64,000 bases of DNA, from assembly GCF_009914755.1 (NCBI RefSeq), contig NC_060933.1; one strand, given 5' to 3'. Positions 41,001 through 51,932 of the stretch are shown here, one piece after another. The stretch's first letter is position 1; the number at the start of each line of letters is the position of its first letter. Both the position numbers and the translations under genes were made by a program. The notes beneath the pieces are model-generated. The model was not told where the DNA came from. It saw nothing but the letters and a program-made list of their open reading frames with translations, and searched no databases. The DNA is from the human T2T-CHM13v2.0 reference genome, Homo sapiens.

Positions 41001-44000
41001 CTGGGTTTTGGACTTGCATTGGGCCTGTGGTCCCATTTGTGTTATTTTCCTGGGAAATTTCTGCCCTTTGGATTGAAAAAGCTTACCCAATGCCTGTACC
41101 ATTATTGTACCTTGAAAGAAAGAACATCCTTTTAAATTCAGGGACTCATAGGCAAAAGGTACTGTAGACTTGTCTCAGATGAGATGTTGAATTTTTTACA
41201 TTTGAGTTATTGTTGGAATGAGTTAAGACTTTTGGAAAGTTTTGAAAAGGCATGAATATATTTTGCTCTGTGAGAAGGACAAGAGACTGCAGGGGATCAG
41301 GTCAGAATAATATGATTTGGCTGTGTTTCTTTACCAAAACTCATGTGAATTGTAACCCTTAATGTTGGAGGTGGGACCTGGCTGGAGGTGATTTAATCAT
41401 GGATGGGAGGGGGACCGGGGATGGAAGGAAAGGGGTGGGTAGGGTGAGGAGTAGGTTGTTAGTAGGGTGGTGGGTACTAGGAGGGGGGTGTAACCTGCTT
41501 CAGAAGCAGAGGCTCATGGAAAGTCTCTACTAGGGCAGTGCACCTGTGGCTTTGCAGGGTGTAGCCCCCATGGCTGCTGTCATGGGCTGGGCTTGTGTGG
41601 AGTGCCTGTAGCTTTTCCACTCTGAGAGTGCAAGCTGTTGGTGGGTCTGTGAATCTGCAGTCTGGAGGATGGTGGCCTCCTGTATGTGGGCTCCAAGCCT
41701 ACATTTTCCTTCTGCACTGCCCTGGTAGAGGTTCTCCAAGAGGCTCTGCCTCTGCAGGAGGCTTCTACCTGGAAACAGTGGGGGGTGGTGTGGGTGGATC
41801 CTTCACCAATGGTTAATCTTCTTGATGCTGATCTCCTGATACTGAGTTCTCATGAGATCTGGTTGTATAACAAGGTGTGGCACCTCTTTCCTCTCTCTGT
41901 CTTCCTCCTACACCTGCCATATGGAACATCTCATTGTCGCTTGGCCTTCTGGTATGGTAGGAGACTTCCTGAGTCCTCCCAGAAGCAGAAGCCACTATGT
42001 TCCCTTTACAGCCTGCAGAACCGTGAGCCAATTAAACCTCTTTTTAAAATAATACTACAGAAAATTTGTACTGTAGAGTGGAGCTATGAAATGCCCTCAA
42101 GGTTTTTTTCCTGATGTTTTTACTATTGGCATTTGGCTTCCTTTATATGCAAATATCTGAAGCCTTCTTGAATTTTCCCCCTGAAAATGGACTTTTCTTC
42201 TTTTACCACACTGCCAGGCTGTCACAACGATAGCTGAAAATGTAGAAGCAAGTTCAGAAGCAGGTTCAGAAGCTGGGTAACAACCACAGGCTGCACAGTT
42301 TGGAGGGCTTGGAAGAAGACAGAAAGATGAATGAAAGTTTTGACTATTGTAGAGACGTGTTAAATAGTTATAATTAAAAGGGTGACTGAAGGATGGATAG
42401 TGAAGGCCAGGCTTAGAAGGTCTCAGATGAAAATGAACAACTTACTGGGAGCAGAAGCCAAGGTTACTTTTCTTTTGCCTTAGCAAAGAACTTGGCTGGA
42501 TGGTGCCCCGCCCTGGTGACCTGTGAAACTTTGAACTTGAGGGTGATGATTTAGGGTATATCTGGTGAAATGAACTTCTAGGCAGCAAAGCTCAAGAGGT
42601 ATCTTGTCTGTATTGAACAGCCTGTGGTGTTCTGTGTGACCGAATAAATGACCTTAAGTTGAAACTTATATTTAAATGAGAAGCAGAGCTTTGAAGTTTG
42701 ATTTGCAGCCTGCCCAAGAGGTCAAAAAGAAAAGCTGATTTTTAGTGGGAAAATTCAAGAAGGCTTCAGAAATGTGCATAAAATGGAGCCCAGTGCTAAT
42801 AGCTAAGACAATGTTAAAAAGGCCTTGAAGGCATTTCAGAGACCTTTGCAGCAGAGCTTGCTGTCACAGGCCCTGAGTTCTAGGACCGAAGAATGGTTTC
42901 CTGGGTCAGTCCCATGGTCGCGCTGCTGTGTCCATCCTCAGGACAGTGCCGCCTGCATCCCTGCAGCTCCAGCTCCAGCTCCAGCCATGGCTGAAAGATG
43001 CACAGTTACAGCTTGGGTCACTGCTTCAGAGGGTGCAAGCTGCAAGCCTTGGTGGCTTCCACATAGTGTTAAGCCAGCAGGTGCACAGGCTTGGGAGCCT
43101 TTATCTAGACTCAAGAGTATGTAAGGAAAAACCTGGGTGTCCAGCTGGAATGAAGCTTTTCCAAGAGGCAGAGCCTCATGGGAAATCTTTACTAGGGCAG
43201 TGCAGAAGGAACATACAGGGTTGATGCCCCCATACAGGGAGGAACCATTTTCCAGACCCCAGATTCATAGACCCACCAACTGCTTGCACCCTCAGTGTGG
43301 AAAAGCCACAGGCACTGACCACCAGCCCAGCCCATGAGGGCAGCTGTGGGGAAAGACCCTGCACAGCCACAGAAGCTGAGCTGCCCAAGGCCTTGGGAGC
43401 CTCGCCATCCACTCTTGTGCTCTAGATGTGGGATGTAGATCCTTTCAGAAAAGATGATTTGGAGCTGTAGGATGGAATGACTTTCCTGCTGGGTTTTTGA
43501 CTTGCATGGGGTCTGTAAGTCCCATCTGTGTTTTGTGCTTCCTTCTGACAAATTTCTTCCTTTTGGCTGGGAATGCTTACCCAATGTCTCTACAATCATT
43601 GTACCTTGGAAGTAGTTAACTTGCTTTGTATTTCAGAGGCTCGAGCAGAAGGGATGGCAGCCTTGTCTCAGATGAGACTGGGCTTTGGACATTTCAGTAA
43701 ATGCTGGAGTGAGTTAAGACTTTGGGGGACTGTAGAGAAGGCTTCATTGTATTTTGCAGTGTGACAAGGATATGAGATGTGGGGGGACCTGGGTGAGAAT
43801 AATATGATTTGGCCCTGTGTTCCTACCAATACTCTCATGGAATTATAATGGGGAATGTTAAAGGTGGGGCCTGGTGGGAGATGATTTAATCATGGAGAAG
43901 AGTGGGGGTTGGAGGTGGGGGAGTGGGGACAATAGGAGAGATTATTTTGTGGGTGGGGGTGAAAAATGAGGGGGGACGGATTCTTCACAACTGGTGAAAC

Positions 44001-45008
44001 ACTATCTCCTTAATACTGTCTGCGTGATAGTGAGTTCTCTTGATGATTATGGAGCTTAAAGATTGAGTGAATATTGTCCTGCTGGGGTTTGGACTGACAT
44101 TTTTGTATTTTTCTGGGGAATTTTTTCCCTTTGGATTGAGAAACCTTACTTAATGCTGGTACTATCATTGTATCTTGAAAGAAAAGAAATGCCTTTTGAA
44201 CTCAGGGACTCATAGGCCGAAGGGACTGTAGCCTTGTCTCAGATGAGACTTTGAATTTTTTATATTTGGAATGAGTTAAGAATTTTGGAAACTTTTGAAA
44301 ATGCATGACTGTGTTTTGCTGTGTGAGAAGGACATGAGGTTCTGGGGTATCTGGGTCAAATAATATGGATTGGCTGTGTGTCCGTATAAAACTCACATGG
44401 AATTGTAATCCTTAATTTTGGGGCCTGGTGGTAGGTGATTTAATCTTGAATGGGAGGGGGTTCGGGGTGGTAGGAAAAGGAGGGGTAGGGTGGGGAGGAG
44501 TAGGTTGTCAGTAGGGTGGTAGGAGGGTGGGGGGTAGTAGGAAGGGGGAGTAGCCTTCTGCAGAGGCAGAGGCTCATGGAAAACCTCTACTAGGGCAGTG
44601 CACCTGTGGCTTTGCAGGCTTTAGCCCCATGGCTGCTCTCATGGGCTGGGCTGGTGTTGAGAGCCTGTAGCTTTTCCATACTGGGGGTGTGAGCTGTTGG
44701 TGGGCCTATGAATCTGGGATATGGAGGATGGTGGCCTCCTTTTTGGGGGCTCCAAGCCCATATTTTCCTTCTGCACTGCCATAGTGGAAATTTCTCAAGA
44801 GGCTTGGCCTCTGCAGGAGGCTTCTGCCTGGAAACAGTGGGCGGTGGTGTGGGTGCAGGATCTTCTTGATGCTGATCTCCTGATAGTGAGATCTCATGTG
44901 ATCTGGTTGTCTAACAGGGTGTGGTACCTCTTTCCTCTCTGTGTCTTGCTCCTACCCCTGCCATATGAAACATCTCATTGCCACTTGGCCTTCTGGTATG
45001 ATTAGGAA
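23003..45008 (+). repeat. Tandem macrosatellite of ~3.1-kb units made of rearranged MST-type MaLR LTR and internal fragments (~7 units)
   Basis: marker CAGTGCACCTGTGG at 24670, 27790, 31138, 35589, 38534, 41536, 44596 (spacings 3120, 3348, 4451, 2945, 3002, 3060); starts with a near-normal LTR followed by the internal-region start at 23003-23600. Confidence 0.93.
31490..32197 (+). mobile_element. Retroposed non-repeat AT-rich insert with poly(A) tail and TSD (orphan transduction or truncated processed pseudogene)
   Basis: A11 tail 32187-32197; TSD aacaggatatagc / aaaaggatatggc; other units show the empty site tataacagggtgtggcacc. Confidence 0.85.
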
Positions 45009-45870
45009 GGGCCTGGTCAGTGTGGGCCTGGTCAGTGAACTAGTCAGTTGGGACTTGGTCAATGAGGCCTATTTACTGGGGGAATGGTCAGCCAGGGTCT
45101 GCTTAGAGAGGGTCTCATTAGAGGGATCGAGTAGTGCAGGTCTTGTTGAGTGGGGACCTAGTGGCAGACAAATGTTTGGTGTCTGGTCAGTGCAAACCTG
45201 GGCTGCAGGGCTTGGTGAGTGGAGACCTGGTCAGCTGTGGCTTGGTGGTAGCCTTGTCAGAATGGGCTGGGTCACTGGTGACCCGGTCAAGGGGTGCTAT
45301 TCAGTGGAGGCCTGGTCACATGGGACCTAGTCAACAGGGCATGTCCTCATCAGTGAGGCCCTTGTCAGTGGGACCCTGGTCACGGCAGCCTGGTCAGGTC
45401 AGTGGAACCTAATCAGTGGGGGCCTGGTCAGAGAGGACTTGATCAGTGGTGGCTTTTGTAGCACTGGTCTATGGGGTGACCTGGTCAACGGGGGTCTGAG
45501 CGGTACATGCCTGTTCAGTGGTGCCTAGTCACTAGGTTCCTGGTCAGGGGCATCTGGTCACCGCAGGCCTGGTTAGTAGGGGCCTGGTCACTGGCAGCCT
45601 GTTCCCTGGAGACCTGGTCAGTGGGGCTTCATCTGTGGGGCCAGGCAATGGGGTCATGATTGATGGAATGTGGTCAGGGAGGCCTTGTCAGTAAGGCCCT
45701 GGTCAGTGAGGCCTTGTCAGTGAGGTCCTTGTCAGTGGGGTCCTGGACACTGTGGGCCTGGCAGCGGGAATCTAGTTAGTGGGGCCTGGTGATGGGGGCC
45801 TAATCAGTGAGAGTGTGGTCAGGGAGGACCTGATGTGCGGGATCTGGTCAGCAGGGACCTGGTCAGTGGG
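45009..45870. repeat. Degenerate 15-bp minisatellite (GGCCTGGTCAGTGGG), block 2
   Basis: same unit as 19335-19935; abuts the end of the MaLR array. Confidence 0.88.
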
Positions 45871-46099
45871 GCTGCTGAGCACTGCTGGGAGGTGTCAGGG
45901 GAAATGCATGTTGTCAGGGGAAATGCATGTTATCAGGGGCCCTATGGACAGCTGGGATGGCCCAGTGGTGTCCAATGGCCCAGTCAAAAGTGGACAAAGC
46001 AGGTGTTTGGATGGACCTGGGAGATCTTGTTCAGAGATTCTGAAAGAACAAAGGTAAAGGACGGGCCAGAGTGGCTAGAGAGATGGTCACAGTCTATGG

Positions 46100-47070
46100 G
46101 CTGCACAGGATGGAGGAAGCCATGGAACAGGCAGGGTGGGCAGCAGGGGTGCAGGGAGAGGCAGGTGCATGCTGGGAGATCGGACCCTGTGAGGGCTGTG
46201 GGGGCGTCAGGTGGGGTGGGCTCCAGGTGCACTCTCAGTGCACTGGGCAGGTCTCGGTCCAGGCTCTCTGGACCCTGGTAGGGTGATGTGGTCACTCCCT
46301 GGGGGACTGCTGTCAGGCCCAGCCACCCACCCTTGGCAGCAGTGTCCCATCTCTGGACTGGACTTTCTCAGATCCTGCAGAGGGCACAGCCTCCAGCCCA
46401 GAAGGGGCAGCCCCTTGGTGCAGCCCAAGCTCTCCATGGGCCTGGAGCATCCCTGCCAGCCCTGTGCTCCGTCTACTCCCAGGTCCCGCTTTTCAAGTGT
46501 CAGCCAGCAGAGAGGCTCCGTCCTCCCTTCCCTATGTGTCTCCTGGGCTGAAACTTGGGGCGCATTGGGACAGGGATGGTGCTTTCCTCAGGCCCATTTA
46601 GGGAGGAGACTGGCTCCCAGCCTGGCACAGGTCCTCAGCTCTGCCTTGGTTGCCTTAGAGTGACATGGATCAGTCAGTGCCCTGAAGGTAAATGGAAGAG
46701 ACTGTCCCTGCTGTGTGGGAGGCTGGTCTAGGGATGGAGGACTTGGCAGGTCCTCCCAGTCTGTCAGGCCTGGACAGCACTGTCCTGTCTCAGGACTCAG
46801 GAAGTCCGGTCCTGGGATGGGATGGTGCTGCCCAGGGTGGGTGGCCAGGGCTTGACAGCAGTCCCCCAGGAAGTGACCACATCAGCCAACCAGGGTCCAG
46901 GGAGCCTGGCCTGAGACACCCACCCAGTGCATTGAGGGTGCACCTGGAGCCCACCCCACCTGATGCCCCCACAGCCCTCGCAGGGTCTGACCTCCCAGCA
47001 TGCACCTGCCTCTCCCTGCACCCCAGATGTCCACCCTGCCTTTTCCCTGACTTCCTCCATCCTGTCCAGC
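46100..47070. repeat. Inverted repeat, ~280-bp arms, ~410-bp spacer
   Basis: 46100-46377 vs 46791-47070; ORFs on opposite strands share PSALRVHLEPTPPDAPTAL. Confidence 0.92.
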
Positions 47071-48585
47071 AGGATGGGCTGGTCAGTGGGACAGCCTCTG
47101 TGCACATTTTGTGGCAAGTAGGAGTGACACATCATTCCTGGGAGGCCCCGTGGTTCCTGCCAAACCCAACCCCAGAATTCTCCCTGAGGTGGTTTTACCA
47201 AACCCATAACCCAGAACTGCTATTGTGGTTTGGGGGTCAGCACCCACCGGCGCCAGGGCACTACTGGGAGGCTGGGACCTGACCAAAGCCCATGGTGTCT
47301 GTGGCCTGAGGACAGGGTGTCTTGGGGCCATGAGGACAGGCCACCAATGGCCGTTGGGTCATAGGGCCTGAGCCCCAGTGTTTGTCCTTCCCTGGCTCCT
47401 TCTGGTTCAGTCCCATCAGGGCTCTGGATCCCAAGACACAGCATCCAAAGTTCCCTCCAGGAATCCTGGTGGCTTGGCTTACTTTGTCATGTTTCATCTG
47501 ATAGCAAAAATATCAGATCGGCTGCACAGAAAAAAATGGCTCACAGTGCTTAATGACCAGAAGAAATCTAGGAGCAGCAAGAAGGTAATGTGGAGAGGGG
47601 AGGACCTCCATGACCGGTGTCCGCAGAGCCAGGGGTACAGGCACCCAGTGCAGTGACCTGGCACCACCTGCCTCTCAGAGGGTGGGTAGCACACTGTCCT
47701 TACCTGGGGGACAGCAGGCCTGGTCACCAGCTTTTCTCCCTGTCCCTGCAAGCATCACATTGCTGGAAGAGAATTTCATGCCAGAGCTTGGACCATCCCT
47801 AGCTTGGGGGTTAGGGGTTGTCTCTTGGTGACCTAAATGAAAAAATAGGTCCAGATCAGAGTTCCTGATGCATAGCACTCACCCACTCTTTGAATCATGG
47901 GAGGGGAGGCCTAGTCCTAGGTAAACCTAAACTCTTTGAGGAACCACAGAGCCCAAGGCTGGAAACCTCCAGAATCCTCCAGCCCCCGATCCTCCCCGGG
48001 GACTGCTGTGGCCTGTCTCACCAGAGCACTCTTCTGTCTGTAGATGTCTCAGCTGCTCTACAAGGGAGTCCTATTTCAGGTGTGGGGCTGGGTATGGTCA
48101 CTCCTGCTGGATGTCTAGAAGGTGAAAACCAAGGACCTAGGAAAATACCAGATACAGCCTTTCCACCATCATCCAGAGCAGGACAAACACGCCAGGTGGT
48201 GTCAGGAACCTAGGTCTCCAGCTGGAGGGAATGTCAACCCTGCAGTGGGAGCCCATCACACATCCTAGGCACAGATGCTAATGTAGGCACCGCAGGTAAG
48301 CTGGTCTTGGTACCCCTCCCTGGCTTCAGAAAGAAGCCAAACAAGGAGCTTTCTGCAGAATGAAACCTCTTTTCCATCCAGAAGCACTGCTGACTGTTTG
48401 GTGGTTGCCGTTAGGGCAGTGAGCCTTTTGTCCATTCTGAGATTGGGCTGGTTTCTCCTCTTGGCCCTGCCCTACAGACCATAAAGGAAAACAGCAAGAG
48501 GTCCCCAGCAAACATCTACAGATGGCCCTGGACATCAGCCACATTCGGAGAAACGTGTCATGTTCTGGGAGGACTAAGGCATCGA
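46661..48585 (+). pseudogene. Unprocessed TBC1D3/USP6/TBC1D26-28-family (Rab-GAP TBC) gene fragment; exons 46661-46687, 47505-47584, 48044-48151, 48478-48585
   Basis: exons read (S)DMD..VSALK; ..RKKWLTVLNDQKKSRSSKK; MSQLLYKGVLFQVWGWVWSLLLDV*KVKTKDLGKYQ; TIKENSKRSPANI/QMALDISHI..MFWED*GI; sizes 80/108/108 nt vs 81/108/110 recalled for TBC1D3; one donor GT>AT. Confidence 0.82.
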
Positions 48586-48953
48586 GTAAGGCCTATGGGG
48601 CTGGAGGATCCCAGGGCAGGTGGGGCAATCCAGAGCTGTGGGGGCTTCCATGGGAATTGGGAGGTCCCAAGGCAGAGGTAGGGGTTCCACAGGAGGAGTC
48701 ACAGAGCACCAAGTGTTCTCTTGGCCCAGGGAGCAGTCAACACCATGGACTGAACACCCACTGGGCTAAGCCCTGGGCCAGGCTGGGGCATGTGGGGCCA
48801 GGAGGCAGCTCAGAGTGGGAGACAGAGAGACAAGTGTGCTCAGAGGGCACCCGTATCTGCATATAACGTGGTCCTGAGTTTCTGGCTGGGAAGTGCTTCC
48901 AGGGTTTCATATGTGTTATGGAGATGCTTCCTCTCTCCAACCTCACCGTGCAG

Positions 48954-49936
48954 GAATCCCAGTGAATATATTGCCACCATCTTGGAGCTCAGTGCCCTCA
49001 TAGTGTAAGAGCACCAGCAGATCTGCCTGTGCACAGACTTCCTGTACTACCTCACTCCTGAGGGGAGATGCTTCTGCAGGGCCTGCGACCTGGGGCACAA
49101 CTTTAGACACCATCATCCTGGAGCGGCACTGCACCCTCACTAGCCAGGGTGTTGATGACTTCCTCAATGCCAAGGCCACGTTCAAGATTTTCGACTTCAG
49201 TGATGCGTTTGTGCTGAGCAAGGTGGGCTTCTCCGGGATCTTAATTCAAGAGGTAGAATGCAGCTTGAGATCTAGTGTCTGATCGAAGAACTTGAACTTG
49301 ACCTGGAGGGCTCTGGGGAGCCATGGAAGGTGCTGGATAAAGGAGGGACAGTCATATATGTTTTAGAGATGACTGTGGAAGGCTGCCTGGAAGGAGTGAA
49401 CAAGAGCCAGGAGACCAGGGAGGGAGTTTGTGGGGCAGGTCTGGAGATGGCAAGGGAGGGATCCTGCTTGGATGAAAGGACTTCAGGGACTGTCTCGGGT
49501 TACACTCAGGTGCCCTCAGAGCTACTGTGTTCAGGGTTCTTGTCTCCAGGATGAAAATAAGGAGGAGTTGTCAGACAAGGACATATACATGGAGGCTGGC
49601 ATCTTCGTGAGTGCCAATCGTGGTCCTGGTGTGGACTACTGTGGGAACAGGGGTCTCTCCATCCAGGGACATGGTGGATGGACCCTACGTCACTCCATTC
49701 TGCCCTTCCTTTCCCTCCCATTCTCCTGAGGGACTCAGTGCATGGGCACTGTCCAACCTCTGGTGCTGAAGCAGCCAAGAGACCCAAGCCTGCCTGGCTG
49801 CCACTTAGGATATGACAGCACAGCCAGTGGCCTCTACTGGATCCTGGTACCCCTCAGAAGACACCCAGACACTGGGAGTGCTGCCACCTCGTGGTGCAAG
49901 AGTTCTGAGGGATGGCAATTCTGAAGACATTTAATG
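48954..49936 (+). pseudogene. CYP4F: Unprocessed CYP4F pseudogene fragment, exons 7-9 (48954-49222, 49550-49606, 49809-49936)
   Basis: NPSEYIATILELSALIV*...QGVDDFLNAKATFKIFDFSDAFVLSK; DENKEELSDKDIYMEAGIF; GYDSTASGLYWIL; GT-AG boundaries retained, stops and frameshifts; exact CYP4FnnP paralog unknown. Confidence 0.93.
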
Positions 49937-50444
49937 GTGGGTGCCAGGCCTCATGGCTGTTCCCCAGCCCCTCTCATTGGCTCTGCTCCAGGTGGAGAAG
50001 GGGGATGATGTCTCTGTCAGTTCTGCCAGTTTAGCCTAGCAGGAAAAGAAGCAGAGCCCAGAAGCAGGGCCTGGTACCCAGCCTGCCTAACAAGGGAGAA
50101 TTTGTAGGCTTTGTGGACAGAAAGATCTGGGACTCCATGTCACCCACTAACTTGCTGAGACATTAGTAAAATCAGTTTTCTTTTCTGAACTATGTTTCTG
50201 TCATCTGTACATTGAGAGGAATTTCTTTTACTCCACGAGGCTGCTTGGAGAATTAGTGACAGTGTGTGTAGAGCATGTGCCACCCAGCAGGCATTTGGTG
50301 TCGAGACCACACCTCCTCCCCCTTCATTTTCAGCCTAAATTTGCATTTTGTTCTTAAGACTTTCACTCGCCTTAATTTTACTCTTTCCTCTGATTCCCAC
50401 CTTATCGTCTATCCCATGGAGTCACTAGGATCTAAGTGGGTAAC

Positions 50445-50532
50445 AGTCATGTATGCATGTATGTGTATGTACGTATATACTTTGTTGGTGTTGGAGTGTG
50501 GTGTGTGAATGTGTGTGTGTGTGTGTGTGTGT
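50445..50532. repeat. (TG)n / (TATG)n microsatellite
   Basis: visible run. Confidence 0.85.
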
Positions 50533-50599
50533 TGGAGTTACTGGGTGACTGAAACTGTACACATCAAGCTGTCGTTCTGCTCATTGCTGGAAGCGCTGT

Positions 50600-51017
50600 C
50601 AGGGGTCCTGCCCTCAATCCCAGGTCTGACCCTTGCAGCGCAGGCAGGACATTCTGGAGGAATCATGACTTTGGGAGGACCCCTGAGGAGTGACTGGTGG
50701 GTATTGGTGAATAAATACCTCTGGTCCCTTGCTCTGGGTATGACGACTCTGAAGCACATGTTCTGTGCTGTCTCTCAGAGGTACCTGGCAGGGCTGAGTC
50801 CTGGCTGCCACAGTGGAAACTTTCTTGATGAAGGTCCGTTTAACTGCTGCATTCCTTTCCTGTCTCAGTTCCCCACTCCTCCACTGATGTTTCCTGGGAT
50901 TAGCACCCTAAGGAAGAACTGGCAGTCGAATTAATATCCTAGCGTTATCTCCAAACAACATTTTTGTATTTGAATCTTTGCCTCAGGATCTACTTCCAGG
51001 AAATTCAGACTAAGACA
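50600..51017 (+). mobile_element. ERVL LTR16-like remnant
   Basis: 3' end ctcaggatctacttccagggaaattcagactaagaca resembles LTR16 termini. Confidence 0.55.
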
Positions 51018-51059
51018 CACATTTTTCTTTTGGCTCCTTGAATCCCCATAGGCCTGACA

Positions 51060-51560
51060 TTTTGCTGTTTTTATCAAAAAGGAACATGAGGATCAGAGAG
51101 GGAAAGTCACTTGCCCAAAGTCACCCAGCTGAACAGTGGTAGAGTTCAACTTTGATCATGAGATGTCTGGCCCCAAGGTGGAGGCTTGCTCCTCTCTCAT
51201 GAGACTCCTTCCTTATCAGGGTCAAATGAATGAATGGAGGATGTTAAAAGTGGGGTCTCTGATGCCTTTGCCAGATAAACCCCAGGCTCATGGCTGGTGC
51301 CTGTTTTCTCATTCTTACCTCATTAAGAGTAGTAATGAAAAAACATGCTCAGTGCTGACCGTGTGCCTGGGGGTGTTGTAGGCACTCCGCTTACTTTAAT
51401 TCATTTAATTTTCACAATAACCTTGTTTTTACTTCTAGTTGTTATGTGAAAAAACTGAGGCAAAGAGCAATACAGAGAGTTGCAAAAATTCATACCGCTG
51501 GTCCAGGTTTGAACCAAACAGTCTGCACCTGGAGTCCTTGTTTGTAACCATGGCACCCTG
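51060..51560. mobile_element. MIR fragments
   Basis: MIR core motifs (gtcacttgcccaaagtcacccagct; aaactgaggc). Confidence 0.65.
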
Positions 51561-51640
51561 TCTTCACACATATCTCATCGTGGAATTCCATCTTGTGTTA
51601 GGCATGGCACTGAGCAGCTTCTTTTAAGAACATAATTTGT

Positions 51641-51932
51641 AGCCAGGCGCAGCGGCTTATGCCTGTAATCCCAGCACTTTGGGAGGCCTAGGCGGGCAGA
51701 TCACGAGGTCAGGAGATCCAGACCATCCTGGCTAACTTGGTGAAACCCCGTCTCTAGTAAAAACACAAAAAATTAGCTGGGCATGATGGTTGGCACCTAT
51801 AGTCCCAGCTACTTGGGAGGCTGAGGCAGGAGACTGGCATGAACCCGGGAGGTGGAGCTGCAGTGAGCCGAGATGGCACGACTGCACTCCAGCCTGGGTG
51901 AGAGAGCAAGACTCCATCTAAAAAAAAAAAAC
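51641..51932 (+). mobile_element. AluY SINE
   Basis: gatcacgaggtcaggagatc, accatcctggctaac diagnostics; TSD aacataatttgt. Confidence 0.93.

Noticed and set aside
23003-45008. Many similar 60-150 aa ORFs suggesting a tandem gene family
   Set aside because: They are chance frames of MaLR sequence; starts, stops and frames are not conserved between units.
47650-47700. Possible CYP4F exon 6 remnant (ctctcagagggtgg)
   Set aside because: Similarity is too short and lies in what appears to be TBC intron.
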